From assembly GCA_951406725.2 (NCBI GenBank), contig OX597827.1, forward strand, positions 34,658,001 to 34,722,000: a DNA stretch of 64,000 bases, in the 5' to 3' direction. Below are positions 14,382 through 25,561 of the stretch, piece by piece. The notes beneath the pieces are model-generated. The model saw only the letters and a list, made by a program, of their open reading frames with translations, searched no databases and had not been told where the DNA came from. Both the position numbers and the translations under genes were made by a program. Numbering within the stretch: the stretch's first letter is position 1; each line of letters begins with the position of its first letter. Origin of the DNA: Octopus vulgaris. Its lineage: Eukaryota.

Positions 14382-14848
14382 TTTCAACTGTAGTCAGATA
14401 CAGCAGTAAAAGGGGTTAAAACAACAGGGGGTGGGGTGATTGGGCAGGGGTAGGGTTGGAGTGAGAAATAAATATATTTTTTATAAATATTGTTTTTTTT
14501 TGCTTTGTTCTTTTTCTTAAATTTTCGTTAACAAACTTTTGATCCCTGCTCTCAACATTTGAGAAGGAATCAGTGGAACAAACACAACAAAAACAACCAG
14601 TCTAAAAGATTAAAATTTTGACCATATTTGGTAAATGAAACAACAATAACAGCAACAACAACAGCAACAACAGATGTGAACACCAGAAAACATGGTATTT
14701 CAACATCTGGAATAAACAACCGACACCAGAAATTACAACATAAACCAATGATTCAGTGTATGGTGCCACCAAAAACAAAAAAATAAATAAATAAATAAAT
14801 AAAAGACCACCCTTCTTTTAATGCCCCTCTTGGGGGTAAGGGAGCATT

Positions 14849-16465
14849 TTATAAAGTCTTGTTTGCTTCAGCAATGTTCTTCGTAGCAACAGGCTGTGTT
14901 GGGCCAATCTGGGTGTTTATTGGGTACATGTGGGTGGCTGCCATTTGAATAGCTGGGAAAATCTGTGAAGTTGATGGAGACATTTGAATAGTGGGGAATA
15001 TTTGAGTGATGGGAACACTGGTGATATGATGAAGTTGTTGGTGGCCTGACGCTGCTAACTCTTCAGTGTCTGCAGTTTCAGATGTCAACGCAGGACCTGG
15101 TTGCTGCAAACATGGTGTCAAGTGCTGAGAAATGTTGTTGGCAGTGGTAGTGGTGGTGGTGGTAGGGGTAGTAGTGGTGATGTTTGGGTCAAAGCTCTCC
15201 GAACAAGAAATGTCGGTAGCATTATTGTTGTTACTGTTATTATCAGCTGCTTCTTCATTTGCAATTCTGTTGACATTTTCATCATTATTATGTATTTGAT
15301 CAGTAGAGTCATTCAGATGGTGTTGTAGAAGTTCTTGTGATCCACAACCGACAGAGGAACCTTGATAACCATCCTTGTTATGTAATGGGACACAGCTGAA
15401 TTTTCTTTCCCCTTTATTTGGCCGATTGTGTCGAATGAGATGATCATTTCGGGAAAAAGCATAATCACATATGGTGCACCTATATGGCCGCTCTCCAGAA
15501 TGTATTCGATGATGCACTTTGAGATAAGAACGTCGAGAGAATGCCTTGTTGCACACCTTGCATGAATAGAGTTTCAACCCTTTGTGTGTGATGATGTGTC
15601 GTTTCAGATTGTCCTGACGGGAGAAAGACTTGCCACACAGATGACATCTATAAGGTAACACCGCTGCGTGGATACGCTTGTGGATGTTCACATGGGATGT
15701 CTGTGAAAAAGCTTTCCAGCAAATATCACAGTTGAAAGGATTGCTGCCAGCCCGCTGTGCAGATCCCTGGCATGACTGAATACTCCGATGAGCTTTGCTA
15801 TTGCTAGTTACATGCTGGTGTTCTTGTGAAGAGAACTGTCCCATTTCACAGCCCATACTACAGTTGTAAGAGTCTTCTGGACAGGCCTCTTTACAACTTG
15901 AGCAATCATTCACTGGGCACCTACAGGCAACAGCATTTGACTGAAAATGATTGTTGTGATTATTGTTGCAGCTATCCATGCATTGGCCGTTTGAAGCACT
16001 CTGTCCTGACAATTGTTGATTGGCATGTGTATTGAGACAGCTTTTGCTGTTTGTAACAAATTGTTGGTTAGCATGATGAGTCCGTATGTGTCGGACAAGG
16101 TGGTCACTCCGGCTAAAGGCATAGCCACAAATGTTACATTTGAATGGACGTTCTCCACTGTGCGTTCGCCGGTGAACTTTTAGATAGGAACTTTGGGCGA
16201 AAGACTTGCTGCATATATCACAGTGATACAGCTTTTCACCTTGGTGAATGCGACGGTGGCGTTCTAAGTTGTCATAACGACTGAACACTTTGCCACATAA
16301 ATCACAGCTAGAAGGCTTCTGCCTGCTAGAAGAAACATTTGTCACAGTAGGTGTTTGTGCAATAAGGGTGTTTCCTGTTAGAGCTAAATTGGCATTTTGG
16401 TTAACATTTTTAGCCAAGGTTTGCAAATCTGTACTTATTTCACTAGAACCTACAACATCCACCAT
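14849..16465 (-). CDS. C2H2 zinc-finger transcription factor (ZNF gene 1): 6 canonical fingers plus 1 degenerate finger in two clusters
   Basis: 538-aa uninterrupted ORF with CxxC-x12-Hxxx-H repeats and SGERP/QGEK linkers (aa ~52-130 and ~244-346). It has a Cys-rich spacer and an N/T/Q low-complexity C-terminus. Confidence 0.95.
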   Translation of the reverse strand: MVDVVGSSEISTDLQTLAKNVNQNANLALTGNTLIAQTPTVTNVSSSRQKPSSCDLCGKVFSRYDNLERHRRIHQGEKLYHCDICSKSFAQSSYLKVHRRTHSGERPFKCNICGYAFSRSDHLVRHIRTHHANQQFVTNSKSCLNTHANQQLSGQSASNGQCMDSCNNNHNNHFQSNAVACRCPVNDCSSCKEACPEDSYNCSMGCEMGQFSSQEHQHVTSNSKAHRSIQSCQGSAQRAGSNPFNCDICWKAFSQTSHVNIHKRIHAAVLPYRCHLCGKSFSRQDNLKRHIITHKGLKLYSCKVCNKAFSRRSYLKVHHRIHSGERPYRCTICDYAFSRNDHLIRHNRPNKGERKFSCVPLHNKDGYQGSSVGCGSQELLQHHLNDSTDQIHNNDENVNRIANEEAADNNSNNNNATDISCSESFDPNITTTTPTTTTTTTANNISQHLTPCLQQPGPALTSETADTEELAASGHQQLHHITSVPITQIFPTIQMSPSTSQIFPAIQMAATHMYPINTQIGPTQPVATKNIAEANKTL

Positions 16466-17201
16466 TTTATAATAATTTATATTTTCGGCAACAATTGCAG
16501 CTTTTTTAACAAAAAAATTAAATAATTCTCTGCCCTATTTTTTCTAATTTTATGTGACATTCAGAATCTAACTATTTCTCTCAGGTAATTCCATGACCTT
16601 AAATGTCCAGAAAAGTCTTTAGAGTTTTACTTAAGACAAGTTAGTTCATGAACATAACAATTTGTGTAGTAGATATAACATTCCAGCATACTATATCAAT
16701 GATGCCAACAGATTTCCAATTCATAAATAAATACATTATTATTGATGTTATTTTTAACAAAGACAGATGCTAAGACTAAATTTTTTTCTTCTTTTTCTTT
16801 TTTGATTTAGAATTAGCATAGCAAAACAAAGACTAATTGAATACAGACATATAGCCCAAATACCTTGTATAGAGGTATCAGGAGAAATAACAATTACATG
16901 CTTTTTGAAGGATATTTTAAAATAACCCTTCTACCTCATTTAAAAGGAACAAGATGAAAACAATGATATGTAATAAATACAGTTGTCATGGCAGTTTCAG
17001 TAACTCTTCTATTTTATCTTCAAATGTGATTAAACAGCAAATTATTTGGAAGTTGGTAAAATTATAAGAGATTCAGTTGGTAGAAATAAATATTTTCTTG
17101 AGGTAAGAAATGGTGGGTGAGATAGACAGGAAGTTGGAGGAATATGGCAGTGATAGAGACAGCTGTCAAGTCTGTAAGTCTGATATTCCAATGAGATGTT
17201 T

Positions 17202-17225
17202 CTGAAAGGAAATTTTTAGAAAAAA
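17202..17225 (-). promoter_or_regulatory. Candidate splice acceptor for the ZNF gene 1 coding exon
   Basis: The minus strand reads ...tttttctaaaaatttcctttcag|aaac. The exon would start at 17201. No repeats were noticed between this site and the ATG. Confidence 0.45.
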
Positions 17226-18199
17226 TATAAAATCAGTTAATGTAAATAATCATTAAAAGCAAATAATTATTTGAAAATAATTACTTGTCAATAATTTAAA
17301 GTACTAACTACTCATTATGCACTTATTTATTGTATTTTAAGGAAACCCATGCTAGCATGGAAAGCGGACGCTAAATGATGATGATGATGAGGAGGAGGAG
17401 GAGGAGGAGCAAAGTTTATAACTATCAACTTGTTAACAACAAACTCCACACATTCAACATATCAGAAGAAAGTATTTAATGGGTTTCAATATTCATTGGA
17501 TCCAATCTGGAATAATCAGGAATTAGTTTCATGCCTTTAGTCTTTAATATTACAAATTCTTCCAAGAACCATTCCATCTAGAATACTTTTTCTCCCAAAA
17601 GGGTCATCATCATCATAATCATCATCACCGTCATCATCATTATTTTGTAGGCTCATTGCATTGTTTCATACTAGAGCCTCTTTTTGAAGCCTGACAAAGT
17701 TCTAAGATTACATGCTTGTTGAGGTCTTTCCCAGACATTCTTTTACTCATACAGACACAGATACACACACACACACATCACAGGAGTGACTGTGTGGTAG
17801 GAAGTTTGCTACCCCATCACATGGTTTTGAGTTCAGTCCCACTTCATGGCATTTTGAGCAAATGTCTTCTAATATAGCTTTGGGCTGACCAGAACCTTGT
17901 GAGAGGAATTGTTAAACAGAAAATAAAAGAAGTCCGTCGTGTGTGTGTGTGTGTGTCTGTGTTTATCCATCCCTTTGACATGGCTTGATAGCTGGCGTGT
18001 TTACGTCCCCACAACTTAGCAGTTTCACAAAAGAGACTGATAGAATAAGTACCAGGCTTATAAAAAAAATGTACTGGGGTCAAATCATTCGACTAAAATT
18101 CCTGACAGTGGTCCCTCAGCATGGCCACAGGCTAATGACTGAAACAAATAACGGAAATAAAGAAAGGATGGTAGGAAGGAAGGAAAGAAGGTAGGAAGG

Positions 18200-18266
<67 letters not shown>
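18200..18266 (+). repeat. (GATA)n microsatellite preceded by (GGAA)n
   Basis: Read directly from the sequence. Confidence 0.95.
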
Positions 18267-18464
18267 GTAGGTAGACAGATTGATACTGATATACAGAGAC
18301 AGGTGCAGATATAGTTGTGTGGTTAAGAAATTTACTTTGCAACCAGATGGTTTTGGAGCTTGATCCCAGTGCACAATACCTTGGGTAAGTCTATTCTACT
18401 AGAGTTCTACTCTGATCAATGCTTTGTAAGGGAATTTGATAGCCAAAACCTGCAGGAAGCCAAC

Positions 18465-19270
18465 TGCGTAAACTTGCAAGGAATGAAGCCAGTATGCTCC
18501 AATGGATATGTAATGTCAGTGTGCATACTCGACAGAGTGTTAGTACCTTGAGAGAAAAGTTGGACCTAAGAAGCATCAGATGTGGTGTGCAAGAGAGACG
18601 ACTGCGCTGGTATGGCCATGTGGTGAGAATGGATGTGAATAGCTGTGTGAAAAAGTGCCACACCCTAGTGGTTGAGGGAACCTTTGGAAGAGGTAGACCC
18701 AGGAAGACTTGGGATGAGGTGGTGAAGCATGACCTTCGAACATTGGGCCTCACCGAGGCAATGACTAGTGATCAGGACCTTTGGAAATATGCTGTGCTTG
18801 AAAAGACTCGGCAAGCTCAAGTGAGACCATAACCTTGTGGCCTATGCCAGGGGTGTAACCAGCCCACTTATGCATACCTTTCCTTCATTGGACACTAAAC
18901 TCTACTTGCGAAGACCTTGTTGAGGCAAGTGAAATCGAAATCGAAATCAAATTCGATGACTGGCACCCATGCCAGTGGAGGGCTAAGAGTACCATACGAG
19001 CGTGATTGTTGCCAGAGCAACAAGCTGGCCTCCTTGCCGGTGGGACGTAAAAAACACCATTCGAGTGTGATCGTTACCTGCGTCACCTTACTGGCACTTG
19101 TGCTGGTGGCATGTGAAAAAACTTTTGAGTGAGGTCGTTGCCAGTGCTGCTGGACTGGCCCCTGTGCAGGTGGCACACAAAAAGCACCATTTGAGTGTGG
19201 CCATTGCCAGTACCGCATGACTGGCCCTCGTGCCGGTGGCACATAAAAGCACCCACTACACTCTCAGGCA
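18465..19270 (+). mobile_element. 5'-truncated RTE-clade LINE: ORF C-terminus plus 3' UTR
   Basis: ORF 18494-18832 contains RRLRWYGHVVRMD...VEG..GRGRPRKTW..VVKHDL, a typical RTE C-terminus. The 3' UTR has about 4 imperfect ~62-nt tandem units (cgttgccag...ggtggcac.taaaagcacc). Confidence 0.88.
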
Positions 19271-19274
19271 GTGA

Positions 19275-19278
<4 letters not shown>

Positions 19279-19323
<45 letters not shown>
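19279..19323 (+). repeat. (TAA)n microsatellite
   Basis: Read directly from the sequence. Confidence 0.95.
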
Positions 19324-19544
19324 TTTTTTATTTAATTATTTATTTATTTTTTTTTTTTAAAATTTTATTTTTATGTATTAGACATTCACTAGTACAACAC
19401 CAAAAAAAAAAGGAAAAAAACCCCCAAATATATGGCACAGAACTTCCAACCTGTTGTCTCTTGAGGTCTCTGGGTGAGACTTGGAGCCAACTTGTACAGA
19501 CATAAAGCAAAAGTCAAACATAGAATAATAGTAATAATAACAAC

Positions 19545-19712
19545 ATCAAAAAATAGGAATGAGAACCCAGGTTCGAAATTTCCCTAAGACACCTGATGAA
19601 GGCTGGAGGATATATCAGCCAAAACATTGTGTTAACAACAAACAAGATGAGAACAAATATCTGTCAAATGTAAATAATGTAAATAATTCCTCATCTCTTA
19701 AATATAGAAATG
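19545..19712 (+). mobile_element. Probable Penelope-like element terminal fragment with a decayed hammerhead motif
   Basis: gacac CTGATGA a GGCTG..CAGCC aAAAC aTT gtgtt is a minimal type I hammerhead layout with two CpG-type substitutions. The Penelope assignment is inferred from that motif. Confidence 0.55.
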
Positions 19713-20854
19713 TATTAATAAGTACCAAGCTTAAACAAATAAAAATGAGTACTAGGGTTGATTCATTCAACTAAAAATTCTTCAATACAGTGCTCCAGCA
19801 TGGCTGCAGTCTACTGACTGATGCAAGTAAAAGATAAAGGATAAAATAGAGGTGACCAGCATGGAATATCACCTTTCATGTGTATTCATACACACACACA
19901 CACGTCACTATCATTACCATTGTTCAGTGTCCACTTTTCTGTGCTTGCATGAGTCAGATGGAATTTTGTTGAGGCACATTTTCAAAAGCTGGATGCCCTT
20001 CTTGTCTCCAACTCTCACCTGTTTCCAAGCTAGGTAATATTTCCCAAGACATGTTTTTCTCAGGCGCCTAAAAACTAACATCACTTGTATGATGTTGATA
20101 CTCATACATACGTGTGTGTGTATGTGTGTACCTTTATCTTGATATCATGTTATGATAATCAATGAGTATCAACATCATACAAGTGATGTTGTTAGTTTTT
20201 AGGCGTCTGAGAAAAACATGTCTGGGAAAATGTTACTGAACTGCTAAATTATGGGGATGTAACCACAACATCAGTTGTCAAGCAATGGGGGTGGGGTGGG
20301 GGACCTCAAAACTGGTAACCATGTGGTTGGGAAGCAAACTTCTTATCACACAGCCACTTGGGTGAAACAGTGTTGATGTTGACATTCCATGTTAACATTA
20401 TGAGTCTGGACTTTTAAAGACCAGCAGAATACAAAAGGCCCTTACTTGAAAAACAAGTTAGTTAAAAGAAGAGCATTATCATCATCACCATCGTCATCAT
20501 CATATAATGTCTGCCTCCCATATTGGCATGTGTTGAACAATTTGACAAGAGCTTGCAAGTCAGAAGATAGCACCATGCTCTACTGTCTGCTTTGACACAG
20601 TTTCTACAGCTGGATGCTCTTCCTAATGTCAGACACTTTGCAGAATGTACTGGGTACCTTTTATGTGGCACAAGCACAAGCACCAGCATTAAGGTTACCA
20701 ATTAATTTGCAAGACAAGACCTCTCCTCAACTGAGGGCCAATTAGTATTGAGGGTGCTGGTAGGTTTGTGCTAGGTGATGAGAAGTTACAGTATGAATAA
20801 AGAGACAAAAATAGGTGTCTGGCAGCAAAGAAGATACAAGACTACTTCAGTTGG

Positions 20855-20888
<34 letters not shown>

Positions 20889-21344
20889 TGAAAATGTAAA
20901 AGGGCATAAAATCCTGCCTCAAATAATTCTCCATCTAACCCATGCCAGCATGGAATAAATGAGTGTTAAACAAAGATATTCTACATCTTCTGTCCATGAA
21001 TCACTAAAAGCAAATATTAAGTCATACAGCAATTTCAACCAATTTAAGATTTCTCTTCACTCATTTGTGGTAGGAAGCTTTGCTTCCCAACCGCATGGTT
21101 TGTGGTTCAGTCCCGCTGTGTGGCACCTTGGGCAAGTGTCTTCTACTATAGCCTTGGTCCAACCAAAGCCTTGTAAGTGGATTTGGTAGATGCAAACTGA
21201 GAGAAGCCCATTGTATACATGTATACATACCTATGTGTGTGTATCTTTGTGTCTGTGTTTGTCCCCACCCACTTACTGCTTCACAACAGGTGCATGTGGT
21301 GTTTATGTACCCATAACTTCATACTTCAGCAAAAGAGGCTGTGT

Positions 21345-21746
21345 AGGCGTAGTAGTGGCTGTATGGTAAGTATCTTGCTTACGAACCACATGGTTCCAAG
21401 TTCAGTCCCTCTGCCTGGCACCTTGGGCAAGTGCCTTCTACTATAGCCTCGGGCCGACCAAAGCCTTGTGAGTTGATTTGGTAGACGGAAACTGAAAGAA
21501 GCTCATCGTATATATGTATATATATATATATGTATGTGTGTGTATATGTGTGTCAGTGTTTGTCCCCCCAACATCACTTGACAACTGATGCTGGTGTGTT
21601 TACGTCCCCATAACTTAGCAGTTTGGCAAAAGGGACCGATAGAATAAGTACTAGGCTTACAAAGAATAAGTTCTAGGGTCGATTTGCTCGACTAAAGGTG
21701 GTGCTCCAGCATGGCCACAGTCACATGACTGAAACAAGTAAAAGAG
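21345..21746 (+). mobile_element. Full-length tRNA-derived SINE nested in an older copy of the same family
   Basis: The host copy runs ~21066-21337 and resumes ~21747-21870. aaaagag flanks both sides (21331-21337 and 21740-21746). Confidence 0.82.
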
Positions 21747-22264
21747 ACTGATAGAATAAGGACCAGGCTTTAAAAAAATAAGTACTGGGGTCAATACATT
21801 CAACTAAAAACTCTTCAAGGCAATGCTCCAGCATGGTCACAGTCTAGTGACTGAAACAAGTAAAAATTAAAGAAAGGGCCTTGCTGGAGTGTAATCTTTA
21901 AATGACATTGTATTAGAAGTGAGATGTTATGTTCTTAAGGAAAAGTGAGAACATACTGTCACTGGTCTGAATGGGAGATAAGCCTCAAGAGAACTGAGTT
22001 TCAAACCTAGATTCGTTTTCTTATCACAGTTTTCCCAATTCACCTATGCTGCTAATATTTTCACAATTTTTTTTTAAATCTTTTATCATTTATTTGTGTC
22101 AGTTATTGGACTGTAGCCAAGCTGGGGCACTGCCTTCCAGCGTTTTAGTTAAACAAGTTGAGTCCAGCACTTACATTTTTGAAGCGTGGTCATTATTCTA
22201 TCATCCACTTTAGCTGAACCACTAAGTTGTGGAGATGTAAAGAAACCAACACTGGTTGTCAGTG

Positions 22265-22306
<42 letters not shown>

Positions 22307-23075
22307 GGTTTTCTTTCAGTTTCCATCTACCAAATTCACTTACAAGGCTTTGGTTGACTCAGGGTTATATCTTTTATCTTTTACTTGTTTTGGTCATCAG
22401 ACTGGGGTCATGCTGGGGCACCACCTTGAAGAATTTCAGTTAACAAATTGATCCCAGGTTTTATTTTTATTTTAAGCCCGGTTCTTTTTGCTGAATGGCT
22501 AAGTTATGGGGACATAAACACACCAACACCAGTTGTCAAGAGGGACAAACACAGATGCAAAGACACACACACACACACATACATACATACATACATACAT
22601 ACATAAATATACGATAGGCCTCTTTCAGTTTCCATTTACTAAATCCACTCACAAGGATTTTGGTTAGCCTGAGGCTATAATCTGGAGTCATATGGTTAAG
22701 AAGCAAACTTCTTAGCACAGCTACACCTGTGCCTATAAGATGCTTAGAAGAAGATACTTGTCCAAGATGCCATGCAGTGGGACTGAACCCAGAACCATGT
22801 GGTTGGGAAGCAAGTTTCTCAATATTCAGATTAGTTTTCCCCCAAACAGCTGACTATTTAATTACTTAAAAAGTGGAACCTAATATACTTAATGTGGTGA
22901 GCCAAGACATTTTAATTAATTAGATAATTAAAATTAAACTCATCACAAAGAGAGAGAGTACTATCTTAATGATTAACCTTGATCAAGAAAGACAAAAGTA
23001 AAACCCCGGGAATTAATTTAATTACAAATACAATGAAGTGGGAGTGTGAGTCTAATCTTTGAGACTTGAATGACA

Positions 23076-23115
23076 ATTCTGGACATGTTTCAGTCTTAAA
23101 CCTCATCAGTAAATA
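23076..23115 (-). ncRNA. Minimal hammerhead ribozyme-like motif
   Basis: The minus strand reads tattta CTGATGA GGTT taa GACT GAAAC AT GTC cagaa. The core and GUC site are intact, stem III is the palindrome ACAUGU, and stem I is imperfect. Confidence 0.55.
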
Positions 23116-24656
23116 GTCTAAAACCATTACTGCCAGATTTTTGAATGATCAAAGAGAATATATAACTCTAGTGAATGAACAGAGTGGTGCTATAAAGTAA
23201 AAGAATGACTGTTGAGTGGTGGATGCCCAGGTTTGCCTGTTGTATGAAAAACTCAGCAAAGTGTGTGTTAACAAAATTAATGTAATGAGAGAAGACATTT
23301 CAAGTGGTTAAAATTACTAGCTTTCATTGTTTTTATTTCTTAAAAAGACACAAGTGTTTTACAGCAATATTCCACATTACAATGGGTGAGACGCATTCCA
23401 TAAGTAAAGACATGGTTGTGTGAATACAGAGCTCCTCTTATAATCGCATGGTCACAGGTTCTATCTCACTACAAGGTACTTTGGGCCAGTGTCTTCTGCT
23501 AATGCCTCAAGCTGACTAATACCTTGTAAGTAGAATAAGAAAGGTGGGGACTGTATGGAAGCCCATTATGTGTGTATGTGTGTGGTAAAGACCCCCTTCG
23601 GTCACGAATGACCATGAAATTGCATCTAGAAAGTTCTTCAAGGCACACGTCTGGGCAAGGTTGTTCATGAAAGACCAGCATTCATACATATATACCAGTC
23701 TCCCTTCTCCATACCACTAATGTTGTCCTAGGGAAAGGTAAAGGTCAATTCAGCTTAGCACCAGTGATGTTGCGACCCATTTCTACAACTGAGTGAACTG
23801 GAGCAATGTTAAATAAAGTTTCTTGCTCATGAACACAACACACAGCTCGGTCTGAAATTGAACTCACAATCTCACAATTGTAAGCCTGACACTCCAACTA
23901 CTGAATCATGTGCCTTCAGATGTAGTATTTTCTTTTATTGAAGAAAACAGAAGGGTATAATCGGAGGAAGATTTGGCTCTATTTCTATCACACCTAGTCA
24001 CCATTTAGTGGCTTCCTTATTCACTAGAGCAGAGCAAAGTGAATAAACTAGGAGCAGAGCATAATAGCCAGGGGAAACTTCTACATGGTCACTTGATCTG
24101 TTAAAAATAGTAGACTACTCTCCCACAAATTGCAATATACAGGTTTGAATAAAGACAAAACTTGGATATTATAATTGCTGATATATTCCCTAAAATGATA
24201 GGATGGTTATGACTGGAACATCTTGTCCTGAGACTTATAAATACAAGATGGTAGTGAAGTGGCAGAAATGTTGGAGCATTGGACAAAGATGTTTCTGAGT
24301 TCAAGTCACACCAAATTCAGCTTTATTTTTTCATACTTTCAGGATTGATAAAATCAAGCACCAATCCAGTCCAAGATTGGGGAAATTGTTCCAGCTCTTC
24401 ACATTCTGAGTTCTTTGCAATTGATAAACAACATTAATGTCAGCTGTGTCAGACCTTGCCTTTTCTTTGAACAACAGGAGTACCATAGAAAGATGAGACT
24501 TACTGCGTAGCAATACAAGAAAAACAAGCAAACCTTTTCCAGGGCCTATGTTCTGAAGAAGAATTTTCCAGATGCAGGGTTGGGGACAATACTGCCCAAT
24601 AGAAACCTTGAAACGAACTGCACAGTGACTGCAGCAGGGTTAAAACTTTTGAAAAA

Positions 24657-24865
24657 CAACTCGGGTCTGGCTACGGTTCCGGCTTAAAGGCGTTCAACCG
24701 TTATCGCTCAGAGGCAGCCTGGCACCACCGCTCTATCGAGCGAGCACGCAAACCATTGCTCTGATCCCATGGTTCCTCTTGTACTGGACGGGGTAGCCGT
24801 AGCCGAGTTGACATTGCCGACGCCCGCCTAAGGTCGGCTGAAGAAGCGTCAGCGGCAGCAGCAGT
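24657..24865 (-). rRNA. Dispersed, diverged 28S (LSU) rRNA fragment including the sarcin-ricin loop (pseudogenic)
   Basis: The minus strand reads CCAGTACAAGAGGAACC (SRL consensus AGTACGAGAGGAACC) ... GTTGAACGCCTTTAAGCCGGAACC (consensus CTGAACGCCTCTAAGTCAGAATCC) at the expected spacing. Confidence 0.8.
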
Positions 24866-25162
24866 CAATTATCATGTAATTTAAACTCTCAGAGAAAAAA
24901 AAATTAGTACTAAAAATATTGGAAATGTGTTTTATCTTTTACTTGTTTCATTCATTGGACTGCAGCCATGCTGGGTACTGCATTGAAGGGTTTAGTCAAA
25001 CAAATCAATCCCAGTCCTTAGTTTACAGTCTCTTTTGCTGCACTGTTAGGTTATAGGGACATAAACTAAACACAGACACACACACATACAATGGGCTTCC
25101 ATACAGTTTCTGTCGACTAAATTCACTCACACTCGGCTCAGGGCTATAGTAGAAGAAACTTG

Positions 25163-25561
25163 GGATCTTTTCGGTTTGAACGGTAGTTTTTTCTAGCTGT
25201 GTCATGAAATTGTCACCCATAATTATGACCCTAGTATCGATCTCTTGCATTTCAATCTGTTTTAGGGTTAGGGGCGGGGGTAAGAGAGACTTTTTTGCTT
25301 CAGAAATGTAAATAAACCCAATCTGTTTCTTAAACGAGGGACAAATTCATACGGCACAGAATGTTTTCCCCTCAATAGACGTCATTGATTGGTTGAAATT
25401 GTAGAAAAAAACAACAAATATCTTACAAACTATAAAATTTTCTCAATAAAGCCAAGAGAAAAAGATGTTTTATAAATACATTCTACCAGTATACGAAGTT
25501 TAAAAGTGTTTAGTTACGTGGAAATTATTTTAAAAAACTTCCGGTCAAACCGAAAAGATCC
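25163..25561. mobile_element. Non-autonomous DNA transposon (MITE), Merlin-like
   Basis: ~30-bp TIRs GGATCTTTTCGGTTTGA.CGG.AGTTTTTT and a perfect 8-bp TSD gaaacttg (25155-25162 and 25562-25569). GG termini with an 8-bp TSD fit the Merlin/IS1016 superfamily. It is inserted in a SINE. Confidence 0.85.
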
